Source: Tubulanus polymorphus | Taxonomy: Eukaryota > Animalia > Nemertea | DNA: 64,000 nt | Direction of reading: 5' to 3' | Assembly (NCBI RefSeq): GCF_964204645.1 | Contig: NC_134025.1 | Location: forward strand, 11,222,001-11,286,000 | Shown here: positions 11,955 through 24,050 of the stretch, in pieces | Position numbering within the stretch: position 1 is the stretch's first letter | Layout: each line of letters opens with the position of its first letter | Notes under the pieces: generated by a model | What the model saw: only the letters and a program-made list of their open reading frames with translations | What the model was told of the DNA's origin: nothing | The model's database searches: none | Made by a program: the position numbers and the translations under genes

Positions 11955-14859
11955 TCCCCCCTCACTCTATAATGTCCCATTCACGCCTCGCTACTATATT
12001 TCCATTGGCTACATTCATTTGAATACGATACATGGCAATACCGTCGGGAATCTGGCTGAGTCGAAAAATAAATTTGCATAGTGTCGCAGAAGGTGCGAGA
12101 TTCGGTGCCTAAATTAACTTCTTATGTTTGCCGCCATCGCTCCTGGAGATCGAATTTCCCCTCGGAACATCGGTTTACGACTTCCGCTTGGCAGAAACGA
12201 TTTTTGTTATTTGCCACTGGAAGCAATTACAATTTGTAAACTGCAAGTGAAAATCATCGCGGGCCTCGGTGGCACTGTTTCAAAGCTGCCAGCCAGATTA
12301 GTGTTTCCTGACGATTTTCATTAGCTGCTGGTTACGACTCTTACAGCGTATTTTCTTAGCAATTTCCCGGCTTAAACGCCCGGCGGATATTGACGATTAC
12401 CACGTGCCCTGCGAATAATCGAGTCGTGGCAACTTTTCGGGTAAATTACGTCTAATCAGCAACAATTTCAGGGGGAAGTGACTTACATTTTCGAACGCGA
12501 TTCTCTCGGAGTTCGGTGCACTTTCTTCTAATTGTTGGATTGTGTCTGATCTGCGGGGTAGCTTAACACTTTCGTGCGGCGTCGGAGCTTGTACCGGAAG
12601 TGGAAAATGCCCGACTCGATCGCGGTTCAAAAGCATCACCATAGGTTATTCATAGCACAGACGTAGAAAACCCCAATGAGCGTTTGGTTTAGTCATATGA
12701 CCACAAAGCCATTATGAACGGAGACAGACAGTACACCAAACCTATGACTATCACTCAATTTCCATTAATTCATTTGACTTTATCACAAGTAACCAATATT
12801 ATATCATATATTTATTTTCATCTGATATAAATCTTACAAAATTATTGATTTTCATTATTGATATTTACATTGGTATTTGTTATGCAAGAATAGATGAATG
12901 ACGCGAGCCCAGTTTTATACGTAGACTGGTATGAACGTTAACTCGTTTCATTTTCAACCGAGTTAACTTGATTTAAAGTTCAGGCAATTCAGACATTCAG
13001 TGGTTTGGTAGATTAAAATCAAACTAATCCGAGTGTGAAAAGATAGCGTTCAAAAGAAAAACTATGGAACGATATTGATTATTCATCTATTGTAACTTAA
13101 GTAAGAAAATACATTCGCGTCATCAACTGGTCGACCAAATCGCATTATCAATGCTACCAAAAATGCATTTTGGTGCTACCTATATTCACATGTAAACTAT
13201 TCTGTTAATATAGACACTGAATCTTAAACATCACGTCAACTCTAAACAAACATTCGTGTTTCCGATTGGGTTCATCATCATTGATATCCTAGCAATATTA
13301 TGCTTTTTATGCTTTTATTGGAATATGTCGTATATGGCAATTCCATTTTCCAATATGTTTACATGACGAAAAGCTATTGGGTTGCACACATACTGATCTC
13401 TGATTCATATAAGGGACTATACTGGGTATCGTTAATTTTCCCATCCGTCTGTGACACGGACCTGACATATAGTTAAATAGCACATGTTGTCATTCTATTA
13501 TGTATCAGTAGGTCTTTAAAGCAGATATTATAAACGCTCTTTTGACACGTCGTGGCGTATTCGATTTCTATTCAATATCGATTTGATCAATCATCGTTGG
13601 TTTCAGTTTCAGAATTAACAGCGCTAGAAAGCATCTGGACACGGACCTAGTTCATACATGGTGGGCCTACATATGCAAGCAACGACTGAAAATGTTTGGA
13701 GAAATGTTGTCCATACATAGCATTGCAATCACTTTCCAGAATTAGTAAAAAATCGTGTCTAAATATTAACTAATCAAACTATGCAACCTTCAGCGCGTTC
13801 CGGAACACGAAGTATGATCGATATTGTCCACAAAAACACATCCCTATAAATGCAAACATGTATTTGCCATATTCATAAATCGATACCCAAATCATGAGTC
13901 ATCTTGTTAAGAGTCATCATAATCGTTAATTCATTACAAAAAGTTTTATTTCCTTCCGATTGTGAGTTGATAGCATACAGATGACAAACAAGATTTAAAA
14001 AAAAACAACGTTGAAACATCTTTCAGCTTTAGGAAAGAATGTTCTGCGTCGTCTGAAAGCTGTAGACGTGGACAGTAACAGCGTCAAAGTGTGGGTTTCG
14101 AACGAGTCCTTGGTTATATTGCAAATTATCGAACACAACCGATTTCTAACCACCGTACTTTGGGTGGCCGGCTGAACTAAACCAAGATCACAACTGGCGT
14201 GTATGATTCTACGTACCGAAGCAAAATTGATACCGAAGAATATTATCATATCACTTCCGACCGGCATCGATGCTGATCGCCGGGATGGTTAATTCGATTT
14301 TGAAACATAGAACGCATTTCATGTTCGTGTTGACATAACGTGGTAACCTAATACGAGGTTTTACAGGCCAGAATTGAATTTTCTTCGTTAAATATTTAGC
14401 CAGTCGCAGCCGCCGGCTATCTGGGCAATTATATTCGCGAAATGATATCGACGAAGAATGATCGGATATCCCGCAGTAAATATATACTTTTCATTAAACA
14501 GTTTCCATTACTGTACAACAATTTACGAAGTGTCGACACTGGTGTGTGGCCCGGCATTATTGTAGCTCTACGTACGTAGTTCCATCGCGCTCAAACGATG
14601 CATGCCACGATTGCCTGCAAGCAATATAGAGTCCAAAGACCTTCCAAAAAAAGACGGCTACCTCGAATTCGATGACGAACATCATAATGCACCGTGATGA
14701 TTGAAATCAGAGACATCTGAAATTTGATATTGTAATTTATTTTCATTAAAATGTAACATTATTGGACATAGTTACAAATGTAGTGTAAGTAGAAAAATGT
14801 AACATAGTAATGGGGCAACACGGAGAAACTGAAAAGTCTGAAAGAAAACAGAGAACATC

Positions 14860-15830
14860 CTTTTCAAGAGATCATCATTTTAAGAGCATGTTTCAGAAAT
14901 TTTAACCGTAAAGTCTCGAACAATTTAAGATCTTCAAAGCCCCACAGTTCAGAGGCGTACATAGCAATAGGAAAAACAGTGGAATCGAACATTTTCAGTT
15001 GGATGTCAAAAGGAAGGTTTAAATTGCGGCATTTGTTTATCAGGCTGAACATTGTTCTCTGCGCTTTATGATAATTCAATTCAATTCAGTTCTTTATTAC
15101 AACTTAAAAGTTTTACAGTAAAACATACAAGTATATAATGCATTAAAGGAAAAAAAGCACAATTAATTTTACAGAGTAGAAAATTACAATTTAGAATTTA
15201 AAAGAAACAGGATAACATATTTACGGAACTAGCATGATTTAGAAGACACACTCCGGGGCTCCGTCATGAGAAAACTGGATGAAGCATATGTATACTACCA
15301 GAGAGGTGGGAGTGAAAAACCAAGTAGAGGGTTCACTCCCACCTCCCAGGCATATCTAACAAAAAGACCCATTTCTTTTGTCTGTTATTTTTTGTATGTT
15401 GTTACAGAAAAGGTTACATGATATAATTCTTTTCTCGCTTTGGCGGCGAAATTGCCATTCTTTTGGAAAATTATTCCTAAGTACGGATACTCGTCTGTTA
15501 TCTCAACAGTTTCATTATGCAATGTAAATTCATAGGCAGCGCGGCCCTTATGCTTTTCTGAATACCATGACTTAAGTTTTCGAAACATTAACCCTTGATT
15601 TATTGTCCATGCAATATTGTTCTAAGCAATTTAAACCGGTTTATAAGTTATCAACCGAATCAAAGAGGATGATGGTATCGTCAGCGTATAACAATATCGC
15701 AAGTTCCATCATAGATGTTAAGTAGTCAATCCGGACTCGCATCTTAAAGCCGTGCGGAAAAAGTTTTAGGTCTTCAAATCCATCATCATTAAAGCTAGTT
15801 TGTATATCGTTGATAAAAAGGGAAATTATT
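14860..15830 (-). mobile_element. decayed non-LTR retrotransposon (LINE) ORF2 reverse-transcriptase fragment
   Basis: Motifs SLFINDI...ILLYADDTIILFDS (YADD catalytic), YPYLGIIF...GNF, and IQLKMFDSTVFPIAMYASELWG in three broken ORFs. Contains frameshifts/stops and a nested insertion. Confidence 0.88.
15074..15417 (-). mobile_element. 5'-truncated retroposon 3' end nested in the LINE RT, 6-bp TSD
   Basis: ATGATA duplicated at 15068-15073 and 15418-15423. Minus-strand end is AATAAA followed by (GAATT)n. Removing the insert restores KARKELYH-KAQRTMFSL. Internal 14-bp perfect hairpin 15303-15345. Confidence 0.8.
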
Positions 15831-18800
15831 ACTTCAGTCAGCTGCATCCACCTGGCGGCCAGTATGACGCGCTGTAACATCACTCCGATAACGCGACATT
15901 CACAGACGACTCACTCGACTATGATACCGCGGGGAATTTCTGAACAGGCACTCGATTTGTAATCTTTCATTTTGCTACCATTGAAATTATTGGTTATTTC
16001 GGAGTTGCTTTTCTCGGTGAAACACAAAACAATTCTCGATGAACATATCTTATAACAGAGTTAACATTATTTCACATAATCACTGCACGTTTATCAGTCT
16101 ATAATTGACAAATATGAGAAACTTGAAGAGGTTATTCGTACAAGGCTGACAACTCAGTCGAATTCCTGGGATTGTCGAGTGGATTAAACCCGACTGATTT
16201 GCTCGGCAAATTGCCTGAAGATGCAAATACGTGTAAGGGCATATTAATTCCCCTTTGTTTGGCTATGTCATAAAAAACTCCTTGTACGTCGCGTGATTGG
16301 GTCACATATTAAATTTGCCGATGATGACTTGCTTATTATGAGCATGAGGAGTCGGATTAAGCCTGCGAATATGAAATCACATTCATCGGAAATTAATGAA
16401 AAACCCACGATGAGTAAACGCCGGCTGAAACTCGGGCATGCTTTTAATCCGGCGTAGTCTTCGTCTATTAGCGATCGTATTGTGTCTACATTAGGTTATC
16501 GAGATCGAGTGGCGGGCACGAGGGTGCTTGAAACCGAGCACGCACGACGTAAACGGGCGACCGTGCGTGTTACGGTTCATTGTGTTCGGTTCATCTTTCC
16601 GCTCTTACAGTGCCGTGAAGAGATGTCGCGAAAATAAACAATTGTACAGGAATCCGTGATCACCTGATTGTATTTCGGTTTCATAGGCGCTCGATCGGCT
16701 TAACTCGCCCTTTTATTGTACACATTAGACGCACAACACCCTCTGGCTAGACACTTGTACATGATGTACGCGCGGACATGAGAGTTTTTCAGCCAAACAT
16801 ACAAGAACGGGAATCGGAATTCCAAGTGCAACGAGTATTTCCGATGCTCATTTTCTTGATTGCTACACCAACATAATGAACGCTCTTGCTCAAATAACCC
16901 ACCAGGCTTCCGATATCGATTTTTTGAAAACCGAGTATCGGAATCCGTGCGTTCGGCTGATAACGTCAACAACTTTCCGTCATAGAAGGGTAAACCCTTA
17001 TCGCATAAGTAGAGTGGGCATGCGGAGGGGATGAAAACTTTTTAGAACGAGTGTCAGACAAGAGGCGGGCCGTTTTCTATCCCTCGACCCCACTTGGGTA
17101 TCTTTGTTATTAAGATAGGTAACAGTGAATTTTCCTACATCGTCTCTCTAGACGAAAGCCCTCTTCTTAAAGGTTCTTTTTATTCGAAGAATTCTGGTCG
17201 TCGCAGGTAGCATCAGATATGCGGCTTGCAAAATTGTAGGTTCCCACAATCTGCAATAGCGAGTCACACATCATTGAATTCGTATGAGGTCATTAAATGT
17301 ATCTGGCGAATTTCCCCAGAAAGATTAGCATGTTTACTTCGCTTTCCATTGTCTACGGCATAAAAATGTGCTCCAACTGTCTTAACCACCCGGGGTACAT
17401 AATTATTCGTTATTTACGAAGACACAGGCCGTGTGGTATTTGGCATTTTGACCCGCAGACGGCGCGCAGGCTTCATCGATCGCCTGATCATTGAAAAGTG
17501 AATAATGCTGTTCTAAATGACTTGCTAGAATCTATCCAACAGTGTCTGAAAGTTATTAACATAATGCAGTTACATATCTAGAACGTTATGCGACCATTAG
17601 TAACAGTCAATTCCGATTTCATAACTTAACGGTCTTTTGGATCGATTTATATCGAATACCTCAATCGATATTGAATCCAATTGTATTGGGTGATTGAAAA
17701 CCATAAAAACTCATGAAGCCAGACTATGATGTGAGAGTGCGATCAAATACATCGATGGTATTTTTACAAAACAAAGTTATTCTTAAAAAAAATCCAGACT
17801 GCACTCTATCGCCATAATACACGTCATCACACAACAGAATCAATGACCTCACAACGTGACGTAGACATATTTTGCCGTATTGGCATTCAGCAGGTACCTA
17901 TCTGTCGGGATGATACCAACAGATTTCTGTCTTATCGAATTTCATAATTCCCTTTGTTTCAATTAAGACTTGTCAGTTTCCATAACATATCCGTCATCAG
18001 CGCGCAGACGTCGTTTTCAAGAATTCTTTTCATGATGCGAGCTTCTCATGCACCGGGCCGTGCCCTCGCGTAAACAACCAAAGCGGGGGAAAACTGCATC
18101 CAGAAACGTACCGTATCTGTTCCGATAAAAAGAAACTCGACCGGTTAAAGTATTTATATGGCGTAATAATTTGCTTATATCGCATCTAATTACCGGCAAG
18201 ATACACGGCCTTTGTGATTCGACGTAGTTGTCTGTCGGCTGGCTACACGCTGGGCCCGTTTTATCGGGATATGTCTCCGCAAATTTATTGCATCAAAGGC
18301 GATCGTTCCTCGTCTGCGATAAAAAAGTCTGTTTTGAAAATTAAGCCGGCCGATCATGAGAGCTTTTCCTTATATAGATCAGGCGGAATAACGATAATTT
18401 TTATTAAGTCGGTAGGCTGGCTGCTGATAGAGAAAGGAGACCGATTGTTCACGTGCCACTGTAGCGGCAGTAGGACCGGTGCGCGCGCTGTTGAAGCCTA
18501 GGTTTGTTAATTTTTCGAGTGGTTTTCGCGTGCATCTCGCCGCACACGAAATACAATGATAAAAACCGGCTGATTGAAGATCCAAGACGAAAAATCGTGG
18601 CGACAATACGCGATTTATCAATTTAGCAAATGAGCCGTGGACAACGGACGAAAACATGCTGTTTAGACGGCCCTGTTATCCTCTTCACTTCCGCCTAGTT
18701 AGCAACCGTGAATGCGAGCTACGGAGCTCCGGAGCGGGCAGCTCTCAATTCGTGCGCGTCTTTCTCAACTGATCAACACTCGCAGATTCGGTCATTCAGA

Positions 18801-19459
18801 AACGAGAGCAATAGTGCCAACTGTCCATACATTTCAATCGATCATTAAAGCCCACAATTAAAGATAAGATGATTTCTGAGATGATATATAGAAATTAATA
18901 TTGATAAGAAGTAAATATATGTACTTTTGTAAGTCGGGAAGATACACAACATCCGTGTAGATGAATATACAAGATAGATCCCACAATTAATCAATCAAAG
19001 ATGGAAAAGTTCAATAGTAGATGGGATAAATACTAAGGCTAAAGCGTACTAAGGCGTACTGGTGATGGCACGCCTGATGATGGTATTTAGCCCAAACGTT
19101 GCTCAAATACATATTTTCTCGTCTCATCTTTGGCTGATTTATTATCTATCTCGTAAATTTATATATGTGGGCCTGATCACGCATTAATGATGTAAGTGAT
19201 TCATTAACGGCCGGTTTAGGATTGAGATAATGAACTCGACGAGTAAAGTGTTATTCTATGTTAGGGACCTGATAATCGGAAGTAAATATGATCGGCTTTG
19301 ACCGTCAGCTGCGCTTCTTCGCACCCGGAGTTACGACGCGAAAACTGGACGAACAATCTCAAATATACAACCCGCAACGCAGTACATACGACCTATGAAT
19401 CTATCCAGTTACGTAGCAAAATTGGCGAAAATTTGATGAGTTTTCCGTTTTGTTTGTTT

Positions 19460-19612
19460 GATCTTGAAATAGGGATCGACCCTGTTATTTATTTGATTTT
19501 TATAGATTTCGTTTGATTTGCTTTGATTTGGTGTCCCTTACAAACCCACCACACCTGCCAGAATCGAAACAGGGGGTCTGATTTGGAAATCGGAAATCGA
19601 AGTACAGATATA
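19460..19612 (+). repeat. dispersed repeat family A, copy 1
   Basis: GATCTTGAAATAGGGATCGACCCTGTTATTTATTTG...GGTGTCCCTTACAAACCCACCACACCTGCC...CGAAACAGGGGG, shared with copies at 27k, 54.5k and 60.8k. Confidence 0.9.
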
Positions 19613-20483
19613 GTCGTGTGAGCCAAAATTTCATACGTCATTGTTATCATAGGTTGGGCCATTAACTATGTAATGTGCAAATATATACGTATATACGTAT
19701 GTACATTTATAGTAGAACGATTGACTATAGAGGGCGCTCGGCTACAATAAAAGAAACTATTTTCCGGCTGAGCAAATCACAAAAAAGCTGATTCACCGTC
19801 ATCCATTGAATGATAATATTTTTATGGGGCAGATGGTTAAATTGAAATGTCAGCCGAATGCCTGAATACGACGCGCAGACAATACGCGATAGAGCTAAGT
19901 CGCGATACAGTGTTCAAAGCACGTCTTATAATAGAGACCCGCGACATGGCCATTTTCGCCAGAGTTAATTGGCAAGGCGGAGTTTAATGTTATAGAATAC
20001 ATTAAACCGTCATCTTAAATTGACTGTAGGCCATTTAATCTACACACATATACGTGAATAGTGTCGAAATGTATCTTATTGATTCTGAAGATGATTTGTA
20101 AAATTTGAATCGCGCACCGGAATAACTAATTTCCGCTTCGTAATCTGTAAACCTATTTTCTCTATTATATTCTCAATCGTCCTCGTAATTCTAAATATAG
20201 CGTCCTTTGCATCGGCCGATCGGGTCTCTATTATTTTTCACCGATTGTGAAGTTTGTTCCGTCGAAGGATTTATCACTGGAGTGGTAGATGTTTGATTAT
20301 GTGAAAATGAGAACAATGGCTCGGATACGTAATCTTGGTGGGAAAAGGGCGCTTATATAGCGTCGTACCATGGACGTTTAAACTAGAGTTTACGTGCGTT
20401 TATAAGATTAATTGTTTACGTTTATAAACTATAGTTCATGTACACGATTGGACGTACGGAAGTATATACATTTAATCTAGTAC

Positions 20484-20534
20484 GGCTAGCCATCGACTCT
20501 AAAACGAAAATCGTTTTAGAATCGATGGGCTAGC
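20484..20534. mobile_element. 37-bp palindromic transposon footprint with 7-bp TSD
   Basis: GGCTAGC | CATCGACTCTAAAACGA AAA TCGTTTTAGAATCGATG | GGCTAGC (17+3+17 bp). Confidence 0.75.
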
Positions 20535-23500
20535 CAAATACACGATTGCAATTTTCAAATGTATGTGCGAATTGAATAACAACGTAATGATAAGCTGTTA
20601 ATCGGCTAGAACCTGAATATATCAATGCATGCATGGCTAATATTTAGATATTTCCATCCGTATACATTGGTTTAACTAACTCTTAAGAGTATAGTTTGTC
20701 TTAATCGACACTTGATTCGTCTTACACGGAAGTGCGCGGACTGTTTATTAGAATAACTTAACATTTCATCAAACATCATCATTTGCGTTATAATGATCGA
20801 TGTAACTCTGTGAAACATGGCCCTGTGGTGATTTTCTGATTATCTAACTTGGTCGTTGAGTGACTTATCGAGCATAAGTTTTTCGTTGGATAAATGTATT
20901 AGCGACAAAAAACCGTTATTTCGTAGACAAATCGAACTCGCTAAACTACACATCACGCGTGGACTTCGTTTTGTCAGTGGAACCGTTAGAGAAAAATTGC
21001 GATTCCATACCTCCAATGTCTAATGATGTGGACGCGATTATGAACGTTACGTAATCTACGAGGTGAGATGATCGCTCGTAGATGTAACAACAACGAGCCA
21101 TTTTCATATAATCATAAATGAATATTGCCGAACAAGTCCGCATTAATCCCCCGAACGATCGTTCAGCTTGGGAGTTGTGAAAATGAACAGTCCCAGCTAA
21201 AATCACGTATTATCTTCGACTATAATAGCCGCGCACGTCAATCAGGTTTTAAGTGGAAGTTAAAAGAAAATGACTGTGGACATAAGTATGTCTTACTTCC
21301 ACACGACGCTTTAAGTTGTCGTATGGAAAAGTCATTTCGTATAGTTTCCCACAATCGTATATTGCGATCGGTCGACATGAATCATCTCGGACGACCCGCG
21401 GTGCATGACTGATTTCGTGATTGATTTCTAAACCACCGTAAGTGTAATCGGGCATATCGGTGCTCGGCCGGGCCCTGTCCCATCGCCATCGTAATTTCGT
21501 CGACGGTTTTGAAAACCTAGCTATCCTAGAAATTTGTTTCGTTGGAATGAATGGGGAATGGGAGTGTATAAGCGAATATGTCTCATTTCAAATGATACCA
21601 AGGGTGTGGATAAAATCTGAAACTGTATCAATATGATTTTTTTCTGTTTTAATGATTGGATATTCAAATATAACCTACGTTAACCAGTATTTGGTTGGTG
21701 ATTGTTGGCATACGTATTACACCAGTGAACGATAGGGCCCTGCACTCAATCACCAGTGAGTGTAGATTAGAATTACGTATACGATTTTCTCAGAATACAA
21801 GCGTATTTCGACCATGAAATCGAATCTTTAATTAATTTTCATCTTCAATTGCCGAAGTTAAAGTAGTTTGTTTACGCCGATTCAGGAATCCTGTGCCGCG
21901 TACTGATGATAAGAGAAAAGAAACATTCGCGACACGCTGAGGTTTTGATAAAACGCAAATTTAGGTAATTTGCTTGGCGCGGTGGTTCCTGACACTACGC
22001 AGCAGGACGAGAAATCGGTCGCCATTATTTCTCGAGCTTTGTGTCGCCTACGGAACGCCTGCGGGCGCGCGAGGATAGTGTGACAGAAGGCGCCATCGGG
22101 GGATGCCTTTCGGCTACGGGGAAAGCTTGTCTACTACATTTTCGCCGTCGTCTTATCCCGGCTGACGGACTGTAAGACAGGCAGAGCCTTGATACGGTCA
22201 AATACCCGTAAAAGTACAAATGGTTTACTCCAAAGAGTGTCATTATCGCAGCTTATAATCACAACGTTGTTATTTGACACTACAAAGCTAAGAAACGAAA
22301 TCTCGACGATATCTAAAATAATCCGCATTTTGCTAAATCTTTGAAATGAATTCAATCGTTTAGCCGATGCCGAGTAATCCCTATAATACGTTATTATTTG
22401 AAGTGGGTGCTTATGATATAATGGACATTATTAGGGTGTCAGTGTTTGGCACCCGAATGTGAGAAGAGGGGTGAGAATTGCGCAAGATTACACGCGTAAC
22501 GAGCTTAAATAAGGGATTATCTGTCGGCCATTAACGCAAATCCATTGCTAACAGATTACGAGTTAATTGAAAATATAGTCACTAATGTAAACAGCCCGGC
22601 GTGTCCATGTGGAGAAAGTAAACGCGCCATTTGTGAAAATTGCAACGTAAAGACCGAAAGCTTGTTTACAAATATATACATGTCTTATCGAATGTACCGC
22701 ACCTTTTAAAAACTATTCAATCGAACGAAGTGAATATGGACAGATTCGTTTATAAATTGTACTCTTAATTTCATTACTAAACGATTTTAATTAAACAAAC
22801 AAGACTCCGGGCGAACGAAGCTTTCTCATATTTGAATAACTATGCCCCGGAATTATATAAAGCTATTCTCTCATCTAATGAACATGTACAATGACCTTAA
22901 GAAATCAATCTTCTCGGTGATTTGCATACGCAACGGAACTCAGCTGAAAACACAGATGCGATATTCCAATTTATGATGCAAACTGACTAATATGAAAACT
23001 TGACGTGTGATTTTCCAATATCGATTATTTCTAATGAGTAGATGCCCCCCTTCGTGGGGATAGCCAATTCAATTCAATTTAATCTTTATTGGCATTATTA
23101 TATTTTTATAATAAAACATTGTAGCAGTACGATAGCCTCATTGGTATTATGCCTGCCTGCAGTTTTATAAACTTTAATTTTCAATACGATGATTTTTAAG
23201 TTTCGCGTTTCGTGTAAGAAAGCAATGATATCGGGTTGCGCGGTTGAAAGCGAAATCTATGGTATAGGTTGATAATGAACTATATAGCGCATCAGCTCTC
23301 GCTGCTTCCCAACGCTACAACAATAGGTTCTCGCTGCAAGATCAGCTTCGACAATATCGTACTGTGTCTATTTGCATTTAATATAATAAAGAAATGATGA
23401 AAGGTGTAGAAGTGATGCGTTATCGATATGGAAAAAAAATTGTAACCGTATATTGTATCGAATTAGTGCGATTGTAGTTTTTGTTTGCTGAAGATTGCAG

Positions 23501-23829
23501 CTCTACGTCACAGCTGCGTTAGCACTGGCGTCGAATTACAATGCGCGCTATATCGCCGCTTAAAATTCATATAATTGTTGCGGATGAAAGCAGCTATCGC
23601 ATCCATGACGTGCTCACGGATATCTCTTGTTGCAATAAGATATCGCGTTTATTAATCAGAATTGAGTTCGCGGTGTCATGTGCGCTTGATTCGATTCATA
23701 CTCAGCGATAAGGGCTGAAATTTCTACTTCAACTCAACGCAACGGAGATCCGTGGACGATCGAGGCCACTGATCAGTACTGGTTTATATTTTTTATTTTT
23801 CAATTCATTTTTTATTTTTTTCAACGACG

Positions 23830-24050
23830 CTCTCTCTCTCTCTCTCTCCCTCTCTCCCTCTCTCCCGCTCTCCCTCTCTCCCTCTCTCCCTCTCTCCCTC
23901 TCTCCCTCTCTCCCTCTCTCCCTCTCTCCCTCTCTCCCTCTCTCCCTCTCTCCCTCTCTCCCTCTCTCCCTCTCTCCCTCTCTCCCTCTCTATCTCTCTC
24001 CCGCTCTCCCTCCCTCACTCTCTCCCTCTCTATCTCTCCCCTCCCTCTCT
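23830..24050. repeat. (CTCTCTCC)n / (CT)n polypyrimidine microsatellite
   Basis: Tandem 8-mer array with degenerate ends. Confidence 0.95.

Noticed and set aside
12633-12754. CATAGGTT...AACCTATG ~107-bp putative MITE
   Set aside because: TIR only 8 bp and flanks match 6/8; too weak to call.
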